Shown: positions 44,658-57,623 of the stretch, one piece after another | Layout of the letters: each line of letters starts with the position of its first letter | Numbering within the stretch: position 1 is the first letter of the stretch | DNA from: Selaginella moellendorffii | Taxonomy: Eukaryota; Plantae; Lycopodiophyta | Length of the DNA stretch: 64,000 nucleotides | Assembly: GCF_000143415.4 (NCBI RefSeq) | Contig: NW_003314284.1 | Span: 1,098,693-1,162,692, forward strand | Direction of reading: 5' to 3' | The notes under the pieces: generated by a model | Told to the model about the DNA's origin: nothing | Databases searched by the model: none | Seen by the model: only the letters and a program-made list of their open reading frames with translations | Translations under genes and position numbers: made by a program

Positions 44658-46579
44658 TCACATATCGCGCGAGCCCAGGCCCTTGACTTTGTTCTGGAGT
44701 AGCGAATCGTTCACAAACTTTAGAGACTCTGACAGTCTAGAGAGGAGATTGATCAACGCGATCACTTCGTTTCTTTGGAGATTGAGCTGCGAGGAAGAAG
44801 AAAAGAGCGTAAGTTCTATGTTCTTGACAACAAAAGAGAGAGGAAGAAGGAAGTTTATACCGAATGCGGCGTTTCTTCCGAGAACAAAATCTTGAGGGCG
44901 GTGCCTAGACCAAGTGTCTGGAGTTTTCCCCACAGGCGGCATTTTTCACACCCGACACAGTCCATAAGAGCACTGCGGAGAAAGAAAACAACGATGGTCA
45001 GGATCGCCAAGCAACGCAAAACACGCAGAGAAAAGACGATCAAACCTGATTTTCCGGAAGTGCTCTTGGATATGGCTTTTGAGCTCGCCTCCATCCACGC
45101 TTCTCAGCTGAGCCTCGTCGAAAGGAACCGGGCACAAGTTTAGCAGCCGCTGGCTTGTGACCAAGTCCTTAATCAGCAACTGCGTTGTGGCGTCCTCGAT
45201 CGTGTTGCCAGTGCTGTACTCGGCTTGAGCAAGAAACGCGGAGGCCTACTCGGTCAGACAATCCACGATAGAAATAAAAAACCTCTGGCAAGTTTTGAAA
45301 CAAGAAAAACACTTTACCTTGTTTACTGCTCGAAGCACGAAGAGATAGACGAAATAGAGGTTCTTCACACGGTCGGGGTATTGCACCACACGCTCATGAA
45401 GGAGAGTGTAATTCGGCCCCCACTGCAGAGAGAAACAATACAAAAACCAGTGTGAAACGTTCTGTTTGATGCGAGAAGTGCGTTAGAATAAAGAAAAAAG
45501 AAACTACGTACGTGGTTTGTGGATTCATCCAATAAATAATCGGATGCTATATGGACAGAGATAGAGGAATGCAAACCGGATATCAGCTTGTAGAGGATCC
45601 GCCTCTCCGTGCAGACATCCTTGTGCGCGTCTATCAAAATCAAAACAGAAAACAATCAGAGCATTTGGAGCGACCTGAGTAAACAAACGAACTTTTGTAC
45701 CTTTGAAACAGTTCATCTTGTAGATCGTGTCCCAGATGCGGTGAGCCGATGCACCGATGTAGCCAGTGTATCTCTCGGGATTCAGCACGAGATTTACGTA
45801 CGTCATCTCCGCTGGAAAGAAAGCGAGTGAGATGAAAGCAGTGGTGCTACACATACCATTGTCTGTTTCGTTGTCATACGTCCAGGGATTGTCAGCTTCG
45901 GTCCAGCCATGGAAAGCTTGGTTGTCTAGCGTTCTGTCCACAGTGGCCTGTGGCTTTCCTTCTTGACACTTTGGATCCGCTGGCGAAAGTTGGCCACTCG
46001 GCCGTTTGAAAGTCTCGGGGAACTCGTTCTCCGGGCACTCGCAAACGCTACAGTCGCGGAGATGGCACATACCATCGTCCGGCCAGAACGGGCAATCGCA
46101 CCAAAGTTTCACCTGGGACGAGAAGAACGTAAGAAAAACAAGGAAGAACAACGAAAGTAGCGATCGATCACCTTGAAGTATCGAAAGAATGGCTTCTTTA
46201 CAAGGCTCTGGAGCGCAGGGAAAACAACTTCCTCGTTGATGGTGTCCACGGTTTTGTAGTCACACTGGCAGTCTTCCACAACTCCAGAGAGCTTCTGCGA
46301 ATTCTATACGCAAAAAATTCTTGCAGTGAGAATGAAAGAAGAGAAGAATTTTTCCAGCATTCTCTGGAAAGAACTTACGTGATGCGGCCAAGGGCACGGG
46401 AAGTACGCCCTGTAGTTGAAAAACGAAGGAGACGTCCCAGTCACGCTCATTGCGAAGATCGCCACCAGCGCCGCCAGCACCGCCCAACTCCATAGCCGGC
46501 GGCGCAAACCCTTCCTCCGCTTCTTTCCCCTAGCCTCCAGCTCCTCGTGATGATCCTGCCCATTCTCGGCCGATCCCAT
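44658..46579 (-). CDS. ERO1: Endoplasmic reticulum oxidoreductin-1 (multi-exon)
   Basis: [55 protein letters not shown] and [16 protein letters not shown]. Confidence 0.96.
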
Positions 46580-47139
46580 GCCAATTCCCCCAGAATGCCA
46601 CTCCCAGATCCCAGCACCGCCTTATATTGCGCCACAGATCACTCACCAGCGTCGGCGACGACAGCAATGCTGTGAATCACGCAACTAGACACGGCGATCG
46701 CCTCGATTAGCGCTCCTCGCGACATGGAATTCCTGACAAATCGATGCGCCAGTCCCTTCGCTCACCTCCCTGTGGCGCTGCGATACGATGGAAGACTTCC
46801 ATAACAAAAAAATGCGCGTGTTTGAATGAGAAAAAACCAAACCCTCGAGCTCATGAAGTGGCAGTCCAGTGAGAGCACGCCACGTGGACACAATGGCGCG
46901 TCCTGCCAAACGTTTAATTCCTCCAAGCCTCCATTTTGGAAGAAACTTCCAACCATGGAAGAAAAATCAAACTCAAACTATCCATGGTTGTGCATCATAA
47001 CTTTCGATTAAATTTTATCCCTGGCCGCCAAACAAGAGCTAAGGTTCGAAGAGATTGATCATCAAAATTCTCTGTTCTTTTCAATGGTTTCTCTCTCGAA
47101 AGGAAAGAGAGAAGGAACAAAAAACATTGGCACTTACTT

Positions 47140-49523
47140 CTATTCGAGTTGGGGGTGGTGATTACTTACAGCGTCGATTGTGTAGTTTGTGTGTTGTTGC
47201 GAGCTAGCGTTGTCGTCGTCGGAGTTCTTATTGCACAGGCAGTCCGGGAGAGGATTCGTGTAGAACGCTTCCTCGGTCCGGAAGCGGTCCTTGCCTTTGC
47301 TACCCACGACAGGGCCTTTTCGTTTCCTAGGAGCGCCTTGCCTACGAAAAAAGAGACGAGAGAAAAAGCTTTCATCAAAAGCCCAGGAACGAAAGCGAAA
47401 AGAGGGAGTAGCAAGTGGTGAGATCTTTTATCCAAACCTGCGCTTGTGGATGTCTATGATCCTCTTTGACAGCTCCGAGTCCTCGAGCACACCACTTTCG
47501 GTCTTGCCTATCAGATCGACCAGCGCTTTCCTGGTGAAACACGGAAAAGAGAAAAAGCACCAAAGCCCGTCAGAAGGATTTTGCTCACGAGAAGCTTTAC
47601 GCGCGGCCAACTTGCCTGTCTGGTATTATCGTCTTTCGGTGACCGAGATACCTCCTGTGGCCTTCCACTGCACGGGCCATGTTTCCCGAGTAGGATGGCA
47701 CGAAGACGTCAGCCTCGACTGACATGATGTAGTCCAAAGCCGCCATTTGCGATGCATGCCTCGAGAATTGTGCGAGCGCGGCCGGCGTAGCAACTGTTTC
47801 CTATTCCACAAAAAATATATATAAGAACACAGGAAGAACTAAAAAGAAAACGCAAGAATGTAGATTACCTTTCTCATCAAGTTTGGAAACCGTGCCTGTA
47901 GCTCCTGCATTCGCTCGTTCCCACCATATATCTCTCCTGCCGCAACGTAAATTCGGGTCGCCGAAGGGTATCCTAGCGCTTGCAAGAAAATGCCAACTTC
48001 TTTGGGTGTTAAAGGACAGAAGCCCTTGGCTCGCTGCTCCGTGGCATTTATAATCTTTACCTTCCAATGGGCTGTGCTCTCCCTGGGGCAAAAATGCCGG
48101 ATTAAAACAATTTTCTCACGAAAAGGAGAATTCTTAATCGTACCGTATATCTGCAAGCTCATCTGACTCGTCTTGAGTAAGCCCATGCGTACAGCCGCTG
48201 AAGGCTAGCATATCCTTCTCGTAGCGAAGATGCAAAGCAATATACGGTCCGTGCATCCTCATCCTGTCCACGAGCATCTGCTCGACAGCACACGACTTAG
48301 ATCACAATCTAGCAAACTCGACTCAGCCTGCCTTTCCGAATTCCTCTATGCGAGAGGAGAAACGAAGCGCGTCATAGTGAACTCGACACCGGAGCTTTTG
48401 TATGTCAGCCGGCAAACCGTTGTTCGCTAGCCGCGAGTCCGACTTCACCGCACGAATAACCTGGATTGAACAGAGGTTGCGGAACCGGTTTGGTTGATTG
48501 AATGAGAAGCATACCTGGTATTCGTCGAACAAGGGAGCAATTTCTTCCTCGTAATACTTCACGTTGGACCAGCTCCTAAACTGCTTGCGAGACTTCGGAA
48601 GGTCGGCAACCTCCTTGGGCAGCTTCCTGACGATATCTACATCCTGCTCTAGTGCCTCTATGAAGTAGTCCTCATTAAAGATGTCTGAAAATTTGCTGCA
48701 CGAAACCAAAAAAGAAAATTCGTGGACGCGTTCTTGAAGCACTAGTCAAGCACGAAAATTTTCCCTCACCTAGAATCCTGCCAAAAGGAACGCTTGTCCA
48801 GCTCCGGGATGACGAGGGTTGCGTTCAAAATTCTCGCTACTGCTACCATGTCACAAATCTGGCATGAAAAAACAAAGCTGTCAAAACAAGTGACCAGTTC
48901 CCAGCAATATGACATTACCCCTGCGCGCATCTGATTCAATCCCCCATTGCTCTGGACGACCAAGAAGCCTCTTGATGGCCCCTTGCTAGCTGCGAGTGCA
49001 CAATAAAAACAAAGACCCCCCACCATCAACTCGTGCTTCTTTAAACAATTGGAATTGATTGACACAAACCTTTATACTTCCGGCTCGGCAACACGCAAGG
49101 CACAAATCCCCGGTTTGGTGGGTGCTTCCACAGCTAAAATCCATCCAACCAGCACACAAAAGGCAAAACAAAGAGAGAAACTTTTAATCAAGAACAAGCA
49201 CAACCAAATTTCGTTTAGCTTACCTTCTTGTCAAGACTGGAGCTCGAATCCTGCTTTGTTCCTCGAAAGAAATGGAGAGGAGCCTCCTCCCACGTCCACT
49301 TCATGGGATCGCGGCCATGAATTTGCTGCTGCTGCGCCCCGCCAAGATCCCCAATCGCGGCTGGAAATCGCTGCTCCTTGCTGGCCAGGAGCAGGGAATG
49401 GAGCGCTGGGAAGAAATAGGTCGACATGAGAGCCGCGAGCGTGACGCTGAGATAGGCGGCAATCCAGACCAATCGCGCAACCGGCCCCGTGGAAGAAAGG
49501 CGCCGGATCTTCGCAATCGTCAT
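47140..49523 (-). CDS. O-fucosyltransferase family (DUF246/GT106) Golgi protein (multi-exon)
   Basis: Type II TM anchor, [78 protein letters not shown] and [13 protein letters not shown]. Confidence 0.93.
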
Positions 49524-50453
49524 CGCTGCTATTCCTGCTCGTCACAAAAAGGAGAGGATCATCCATTCTATGTCTAGAGACGCCGCTGCTACGACCGATC
49601 CATTGCCCCGTGCCATCACGCCAGGAGCTCTCCTCCCATCGCTCTCCGAAATTCCGCTCGCCTAAAACCTTGCGAGGAGGACGAAAGAAAGATGCGAGGC
49701 AGCAGACCTAATCCAGCCCCGGGCGATCGCCCCGGCGGCGGCGGCGAGCGGGCGCATCGAAGAAAGAAGAGCGAGGAGAGGAAGAACAAGCTCAATCTAC
49801 ATTTGTCGCTAGCGGCGCTCGCGCCGGCGCCAAAGAATGCCACGCCGCGCCATGCGATCTAGCAGCAAGAATCATCGTCCTCAATCATCACGCGGCGTGG
49901 GGGCGAGCTATAGCGAATGATCCAGGCGCGCTAGAACTCCTCTTTCTCTCTCTCATCAAAGTACTACCAAGGGAGGGCTCACTCTGGAAACGGTCCATGC
50001 TACTACACACACTTCACTCTACACACTGAAAATATTAAAATAGCATACTTTCTCTCGCGACTGGGATTCGAACCCCCGACGCCATTTTTCCTTCGCCCAT
50101 CTTCGTCAATCGCTGGCCACCATCGCCACCATCGCCAAAGGACTTTCACAAGATCGTTTTTTTTCTCTCCTTTTTTCCTGGTGTGCTTGATGATGAACTC
50201 TAGGACGATACGATTCAATCCTAGCTTCCTCTCGGCTCTGTCCGTTTGATTTCATCATCGTCATTTTGGATGCGAGGATCACGTCTCTAGATTGGTTTGT
50301 CATCGATTTCGATCCGGACGATCAAAGCTGCGTCGTGCTTCTTCATCTTCTTCTTCTTAGTTTTCACTAGTTTGCACTGCAATCAACATGACCAAGTAGA
50401 AAGAGTATAGAAGTCCGAGATTTACAAAGTACGTACCTCCCGTCACATGACTC

Positions 50454-52009
50454 TCAGAATTCCAGGCTTAGTTTTTTGGAAAATCCGTTGCCACCAGCCT
50501 CCGCCACCGTTGATTTCTCGTCAATGTCTGCGACGCCCTTTGTACTCTTGATGCCTCGAGTTCTGCTAATGCCCAGCCTTGGAAGTCCGCGATTTAAACC
50601 ATCGAGCAGTACACATGCCTTGCATAGTTTCTGCGAAAATTTTAAAGCGTGATATAGATAGTTGCTTGAAAGAAGGAAAAAAAAGACACTTACCTGGCTA
50701 GAAATGTATCCACACCGAGAGCAAACGCCTTGGACTGGCATCCTAGCAGTGGATGAAATTCTAAAGTCCTCTCCAGACTTAATTATGTCAACTATCGCCC
50801 GAGGTCTGAATAGTCCAGAGTGAGCAGTGACAAAGGAAAAATGGTAAAGTCCATGACCTGATAGCCTCCAAGTCCTTGATAAAGTCTCGGGCATACCCTC
50901 GGTAGGCGTTCGGCGAGTAAATACCTGCAAGCCAAAGTACGCTGGTTACTTTCGAACTACTGCTGAAGGAAAATCCTCACATTCTGTAGAGAAATAGTCA
51001 AGCTTCTTGAAGTACGCATACATGACGATCTCTTTCTCGTATGTGTACTTGAAAGGCTTGCACCGTGGTAATGCACCCTCTTCACCTGTCATTATAGCGG
51101 TACATCGACTTAAGCTGTCCTGGCAATAGTCAAGTTCTCTTGGAATGAACGAGAAAACGGAACGAAAGTGGAGCTGCTAAACATACCGAGCAATGTCGCC
51201 TCGTAACAGATTGAGCAAAATTGTCTCAGCCATATCATCCGCGTTGTGCCCGGTTGCCATTTTGTCAGCCTTCATCAGAGCCGCTCCTCTGTCCAAGGCC
51301 TGCGAAAAAACGAGCCAAGTCTCTGTAGCTTTGGAGAGAGAGAGAGAGAGAGATAGAAAAACAAAAAAGGATCTACCTGTCGCCGGAATACACCGCAGAA
51401 GGTGCAGTTGTTCTTGCGTCCAATCTCTTTGACGATTTCATCCATGGTCCACCCGTAAAGCTCTTTGTAGGACAAGACCTTCAGAGGAATGCCATACTGC
51501 AAGAGAGAGCAAAACAAAAGAACAAAAGAAACTTACGTAAGAACGCAAGAAAAAATGGACATGGTGAAAATCTACCTGGACTTCGTTTCGCTTGACAGTC
51601 TCGAGGGAGTCATCCCGATACCCGGAAATTCCCTCGTCGATGGACAACAAGAAGAGATCCAGTCCATAGTCGTGCCTCGTATTAAGCTCCGAGAGAATGT
51701 GCGCAAGCACAGTAGAATCTAGAAGAAGGAATAAACAGTGAGCTAGAAAAGATGGACTAAAACTCTCTACCTTTGCCGCCAGAAGCTGCGATTGCGACCC
51801 TCTCCCCCTTCTTGAACAGCTGATTTTGCGTGATCGTCTCGTGAACTTCATCCTCGAGCAATTGAAAGAAGCATTCTCGGCAAACCTGGACGATCGCCTC
51901 GCAATCAACACCTTGGCGAGAAATATGATCGAAATTTCACCTTGTGTCCAGTCTTTGGCCGTCGCAGCGCCTGGCGCCTCTCCCCGCAGTGCTCGCACTG
52001 GCGCACCAT
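50454..52009 (-). CDS. CTU1: Cytoplasmic tRNA 2-thiolation protein 1 (NCS6/ROL5 orthologue)
   Basis: N-terminal CEHC..RRPKT, PP-loop [47 protein letters not shown] and C-terminal [16 protein letters not shown]. Confidence 0.95.
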
Positions 52010-52244
52010 TCGATCGATCGAAGGAACCCTAAAATGAGAGCGGCATATCCGTTGAATCTTTACCCCATCTGTTTAAAACCCAAAACCACAAGGGCTTGGT
52101 TCTCTTCGCGGACTCCCCGTGCGCGCTCTTGCGCGCTTCCATTCCCTCTCTCACGGATTTTAGGTCAATCCGTGACAAATCCGGGCCCGGCGCTTCACAG
52201 GATTGGGGCATTGGAGCGGCGCGCCTTGGATTATCCAAGACGCC

Positions 52245-53824
52245 ATGGAAGAATCGAAATGTGAGTGCTCGACGGCCGAGAAGGAGCTCTAATTCTGGTT
52301 TTGTGTTTCCAGCTATCGAAACGCGCGCTGGAGCAGCCACGACCGCGATTCCTTCGAGAAAGCAAATCAATTTCGCTCAAGTTATCATAGGTGTGTGAAG
52401 CTCTTTTTTTTTCAATCCTTCGTTTACCTTTATATTTTTCTCTCTTTGAAAAGAGGGAGCGATTGCTGGAGCCACTGCTGGAGTTGTCGTTGAAACCGTG
52501 CTCTATCCGATTGACACTATCAAAACTCGACTGCAGGAAAGCTCTAATCTCTTTGTTTTTTTTTCTACTTCACTCCTACATGCCTTACTTTTTTTCTCTT
52601 TTCATTCAATGCATGTACCAAACAGGCTGCTCGAACGAGCGGGAAGATCGTGCTAAAAGGCCTGTATTCGGGTTTAGCAGGGAATCTCCTGGGAGTTCTA
52701 CCGTAAGAAAATCTTTACTGGAAAACTGGAATGATTTGGCTTCGTGGTTTTCTTCAGGGCGTCCGCGATTTTTGTTGGAGTTTACGAGCCTGTGAAACGG
52801 AAGCTGGAAGAATGCCTTCCAGATCATTTAAGTTCCATCGCTCACTTGGTAAGCTTGCAAGCTTGCTTCTTCTTTTACCTCTCAAGTTTTCCTCCTCCAC
52901 AGACTGCTGGTGCTACCGGAGGACTTGCAGCGTCGCTCGTCCGTGTGCCCACCGAGGTAACGCGAAGAAATCAATCTTTCCAATATTTTCTTCTTCGTTT
53001 ACATCTCAGGTGGTGAAACAAAGGATGCAAACTCGTGAGTTTCCAAGGGCTCACATAGCTGTCCGGAGTATTGTGAGCAACGAAGGTTTCCGGGGCCTCT
53101 ATGCGGTAAAATATTTAATATTTTACGATTGAAGTCGCTATCATAAGAAAACTGTGGTTCCCCGGTGCAGGGATTTGGTTCCTTCTTGTTGCGAGACCTG
53201 CCTTTCGACGCGATCCAGTTTTGCATTTACGAGCAACTTAAGATCGGCTACAAAAAGATGGTAAATTACTTATGAGTTACGAGTTAAGCAGCTTAATCTT
53301 TCGTTGTTGTCTCTCAGGCCAGACGAGATCTCTATGACTCCGAAACAGCTCTTGTCGGAGCCTTTGCTGGTGAGCAAGATCTTTCGTGTTTCCTTCTACT
53401 TTTTTGTTCTGAGACGTCTTTCCAGGGGCATTAACGGGTGCCTTGACTACGCCCCTGGACGTTATCAAAACACGCCTCATGATCCAGGTAAGCTTTTCGG
53501 CGACTTCAAGGACTTGAAATCATGGACTTTGCAAATCCTCCAGGGAAAATCAAACGCATACAAAGGCATAGTCGATTGCGTCCAGAAGATCGTCCAAGAA
53601 GAAGGAGCTGGAGCACTCACCAAAGTAAGCTCTAATGCTTCTTGGAGTTAGAAAACAAACTATTTACGCAGGGAATCGGTCCGCGAGTGATGTGGATTGG
53701 CATCGGAGGCTCCATTTTCTTTGGAGTCCTGGAAAAAACCAAGCAGGTCCTGGAGCAGTCCCACCAGAAGAAAGTGATCAAAACAACAACCAGCAACAAT
53801 TTTCCCCGAACAAAGGAGCTCTAA
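52245..53824 (+). CDS. SAMC: S-adenosylmethionine carrier (mitochondrial carrier family, multi-exon)
   Basis: Three carrier signatures (YPIDTIKTRLQ, VPTEVVKQRMQ, TPLDVIKTRLM) plus RDLPFDAIQF and GIGPRVMWIGIGGSIFFGVLE. Confidence 0.92.
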
Positions 53825-53950
53825 CCTCAGGTCCATTCCGTTTTACTTTGTAAAGGATGGAAATTTTTTGCGCAATTGAAACTGACTCGTTTCAAGGGAA
53901 AGAGGCAAAAAGAAAAGAAATAGGCATAACCTCCGTTGCGGGTTCGGAAG

Positions 53951-55822
53951 ATGCTGGCGAGTCGTGGGGTTAGGCGCTACGTATGGAATGTATGGCGACA
54001 CCGCTCGGTAAGCGCAAACTTGGTTCTTGGAACTCGCTGAGAAGATCTTGTGTTCCAGTTTTCGCGGGTTCTTGCTATGAAAGAAGCTGGAGTGGAGACG
54101 ATCGCCTTCCCAAGGTTTTTGATAGCGGGAAAATCGGGTTTTTCGGTGATGACTGTGTTCCAGGGAGAGGGTTGGATTGAGCTATACTTTGAACTGGGCG
54201 CTTTCAGCCAAGGCTATCCCACCGTCTGGAGATGTGTATGACAATCTCAAGGACTCGGAGCTCCAGGATCATGGTGCTCGTCCACAAGGCAAGTCACAGT
54301 TCTAGGCTGCTCGGTTATTTGCTTTTCAGCTAGCAAGAATCACTATTCCAGACTCTATCTCTGGATCCAAGATTTTTGCCCGTGGAAGCTACTCCACCGG
54401 CGCTAGTGAGATCAGCAAGGCACAGTTTAACAAGCTATTCAAGGAGGTACCAAAGAGGATCTTTCTTTGATTTTTGCTTTCATTGTTTGCTCCAACCTTG
54501 CTGGAACGATCGTGTGCTAGGTGGCTCAACACCTTTCCTCTTGCAGCAAGCTGTTTGTGCAAGATGGTTCCATTGGAGCATCGTCCAAGCATGTTAAAGT
54601 TCGAGCAGTCTGTGACAATCCTTCGGCTGCGGGGATTTTGAGAAACACACTGTGCTCCACTGTTGAAAGGGGAGACTCTGCGCTTTCCATCTACGTTGCA
54701 TCCGCACACAAGTAAGTTAAGCTAAGAAAGATCAGTTTTTTCTCTTCATTTGCTTATGGAAAACATCACTTCAGGACCAAAGCGTTGGAGCTCCCAGAGA
54801 ACACTCCTTTCATTGCTGCGGACTACGATCGCTCGGCCTTGATCGTTGGTGGAAAAGCTTTCGCCGATGAGAAGGCTCTGAAAGACGCAATCGCCGCTCT
54901 TGCTGCTCCTGCAATCGTTGCGAGTGGAGCTCTGCCTCTAACAGCTCGGTATGGTCGTCTCTCAGGTTTGCTTGCAGCAAAATTCTCACTCCAAAAGCTG
55001 TTTTATTTGTTCTTCCTTTGCTCAGCGTACTCCACATCAAAGACTCTCATGTAATCGTCGCTGGACCGGACTCCATCCTCTCCAAGAACGAGGCCGTGAT
55101 CAAAGCATCGGTCTTTCCAGAAGAGGGAGTTCTCTGGAATGCGAGCTTTGGAGCCACGAGATTTTTCAACACACAGAAAGCCGCTGTGCCAAAGCTTGTC
55201 TCCCCAGCAGCTCTTGTGCTCGTCACGGTTGACAGGTACGTGACAAGAACGAATTCTCCTGGAAAAAAAATCTCATCGTTTCCTTTTTCCAGCTCCGGTG
55301 TTCTTCCAGAGATCACCAAGTTGAGCCCTCAGCAATGTGCCTTCCTCTCTCTGGCCGGCTACGATGGCAAGACTTACACCCCAGCGTACAACAAGCGCCT
55401 GGCCTCCGTCGATCCGGCTACGCTCGCCACGGAGCTAGCTGCCATGGTAAAAGAACTCTTCACGAGAATCAGAGCTAACTTTGCTCGAAAAATTTGCAGC
55501 TGACTAGCACGAATCTGCCTGCGTTATTGGTGAATGCCACCAGCGAAAAGAATGGTATGTATGGCTTGGTTTTCCTCTTCACCATGCTCAAACCATCTTG
55601 GTTCTAGTGCCCAAGCTGATCGAAAGAGCGGCCACTGTTAAAGAGCCAAAGAGCAACGATGAAGCAGGTTCTAAAAACTCTTTCTTGTCATGTTTCTTTT
55701 GAGGATTTTGGTTTGATCGCGTTGGTTCTTCTTCTTCTTTCCTTGCAGTGAAACAGTGGAGTGATCGACACAAAGAATTCGTCGCTAGATCATTTCCAGC
55801 CTTTGCTCTACCCAGCATTTAA
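53951..55822 (+). CDS. PEP carboxykinase (ATP)-like protein, probably catalytically inactive, organelle-targeted (multi-exon)
   Basis: Presequence-like MLASRGVRRYVW, YTLNWAL, LFVQDGSIGAS..VRAVCDNPSA and LVLVTVDSSGVLPEITKLSPQQCAFLSLAGY (PEPCK-like). No GxSGTGKT P-loop. Confidence 0.7.
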
Positions 55823-55934
55823 CGCTTAAAGGAAGAAAGAATGTAATTTTTCCCAAGCAATTCATGTAAGAATTTCTAGGGTTCTAGCGCATGGCGATTC
55901 CCACCAGGTATGATTCTCCGCTGATCCCAGCGCC

Positions 55935-57446
55935 ATGCTCCCTCCCAGCATCCCAATCGCCACAGTCCAGCTCGTGCGCCTCCTCCGATCGCACAAGAAC
56001 GAGCAGCGGCTGCTGGAATGGGGCCGGCAGAGCAACGGCTGCGCGCGCGTCCTCCGCAGCCCCAGGCTCGTCGCGGGCGTGCTGGAACAGCTCAAGAAAG
56101 AGGCCGATCTAGCGAGCGTCTTCTTCCGATTCGTGGCCAGGCCGGAGGTGGGCTTCTCCCACACCAGTTTCACTTACAACAAGCTCCTCGAGGCTCTAGT
56201 CTCTGGCGGTAGACACAGGGAGGCTTTCAGGATCTACAAGGAAGAAATGGCGGTGGCAAGCTCCTCTTCGTCTCCTCCATCGCCGCCACTCTTCGACAAC
56301 TACACGTACTTTGTTCTCGTCCGAGCGCACTGCCTGGCCGGGGAGCTCCAGGCCGCCATGGATTTGCTGCGCGAGATGGAGCAGCAGCCAGGCATGGCTC
56401 CCACTCCTTCCATGTACAACTTCTTCGTCCACGCGCTGTGTAAGTCGGGCAAAGTTCCAGAGGCGATGGAGGTCGTCAAGAACATGAAAGATGGAGCTTG
56501 CAAGCCGGACGTGGTGACTTTCAACACACTGATAGCCGGTCTCTGCAAGGCCGGGAGGCTCGACGAAGCCCAGCAAGTCCTCGACGAGATGGAAAGGAGT
56601 GGCTTCGCTGCAAACCTCGTCACTTACAACACTCTCATCAACGGGCTCTCGAGCGCTGGCCGGAGTGGAGAGGCCGTGCTTGTGATGCAAGGAATGACCA
56701 CCACGCCGGATACCCAGACTTACAACGCAATCATCCACGGCTTCTGCAAGTCCGGGGAGATCGACCGCGCTTACGGCTTTCTCGAGGAGATGAAGCAGCG
56801 CGCTGGCTGCTCGCCGGACACTTTCACGTACAGCATCCTCATCAACGGGCTTTGCAAGTCGTCCAACCTCCGCAAGGCCGACGAGCTGCTCCAGGAGATG
56901 ATCGGGCGGAAGGACTGCTGCGCGAGCGTGGTGGCTTTCAATACTCTGGTGGACGGCTACTGCAAGGCCCAGGATCTGGACCGAGCTCGCGAGCTCCTGA
57001 GCAGCATGCTCGAGCATGGCTGTGCGCCGGACGTGGTGACTTACAGCACCATCATCGACGGGCTGTGCCGGTGCGGGGACGTCGACAAAGGCTTTGCGCT
57101 GCTCGAGAAGATGGTGTCGCGGGGTTGCAAGCCCGACGTTGTGACTTACACCGTGCTGGTGACCGGGCTGTGCAAGGCGGGGAAGATGGTGGAGGCGTGC
57201 CGGCTTGTGAAGAGGATGCTGGAGGATGGCTGCACTCCAAACGCGGTGACTTACAGCTTGGTCTTCGATGGGCTTTGCAAGATTGATAAGCTCGACATGG
57301 CCAACGATCTCCTGACCAGCATCAGAGACAAGGGGCGTATCACGGACGTCGTCGCGTTTGAGGCGCTGCTCTTGTCGGTGAAGAAGAGGCTCCTGGACAG
57401 GGCGGCCTTTCAGAAATGGAAGCTCGAGACTTCGATCAACTTCTGA
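55935..57446 (+). CDS. P-class pentatricopeptide repeat protein
   Basis: Single exon with ~11 canonical 35-aa repeats (PDVVTYxxLIxGLCKxG). Confidence 0.95.
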   Translation: MLPPSIPIATVQLVRLLRSHKNEQRLLEWGRQSNGCARVLRSPRLVAGVLEQLKKEADLASVFFRFVARPEVGFSHTSFTYNKLLEALVSGGRHREAFRIYKEEMAVASSSSSPPSPPLFDNYTYFVLVRAHCLAGELQAAMDLLREMEQQPGMAPTPSMYNFFVHALCKSGKVPEAMEVVKNMKDGACKPDVVTFNTLIAGLCKAGRLDEAQQVLDEMERSGFAANLVTYNTLINGLSSAGRSGEAVLVMQGMTTTPDTQTYNAIIHGFCKSGEIDRAYGFLEEMKQRAGCSPDTFTYSILINGLCKSSNLRKADELLQEMIGRKDCCASVVAFNTLVDGYCKAQDLDRARELLSSMLEHGCAPDVVTYSTIIDGLCRCGDVDKGFALLEKMVSRGCKPDVVTYTVLVTGLCKAGKMVEACRLVKRMLEDGCTPNAVTYSLVFDGLCKIDKLDMANDLLTSIRDKGRITDVVAFEALLLSVKKRLLDRAAFQKWKLETSINF

Positions 57447-57623
57447 GACTTGATCAAGCTCCCAGGACGCGAGTTTCTCCACCAGAAACCCCGAAAAACT
57501 CCGGGACACCGATCGAAAGCTCTGGACAGGACTTTCATTGCGAGAAAGCGGACTTGAGCTAGTTCTCTGGAGACCAAGTTACGATTTATTAGATCGATCA
57601 TAGCAAAGAACACTACCACCACT

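Noticed and set aside
50454-53824. Divergent CTU1 / SAM carrier pair as a functional tRNA-modification module
   Set aside because: Short divergent spacers are common throughout this compact window, and CTU1 thiolation does not depend on organellar SAM import.
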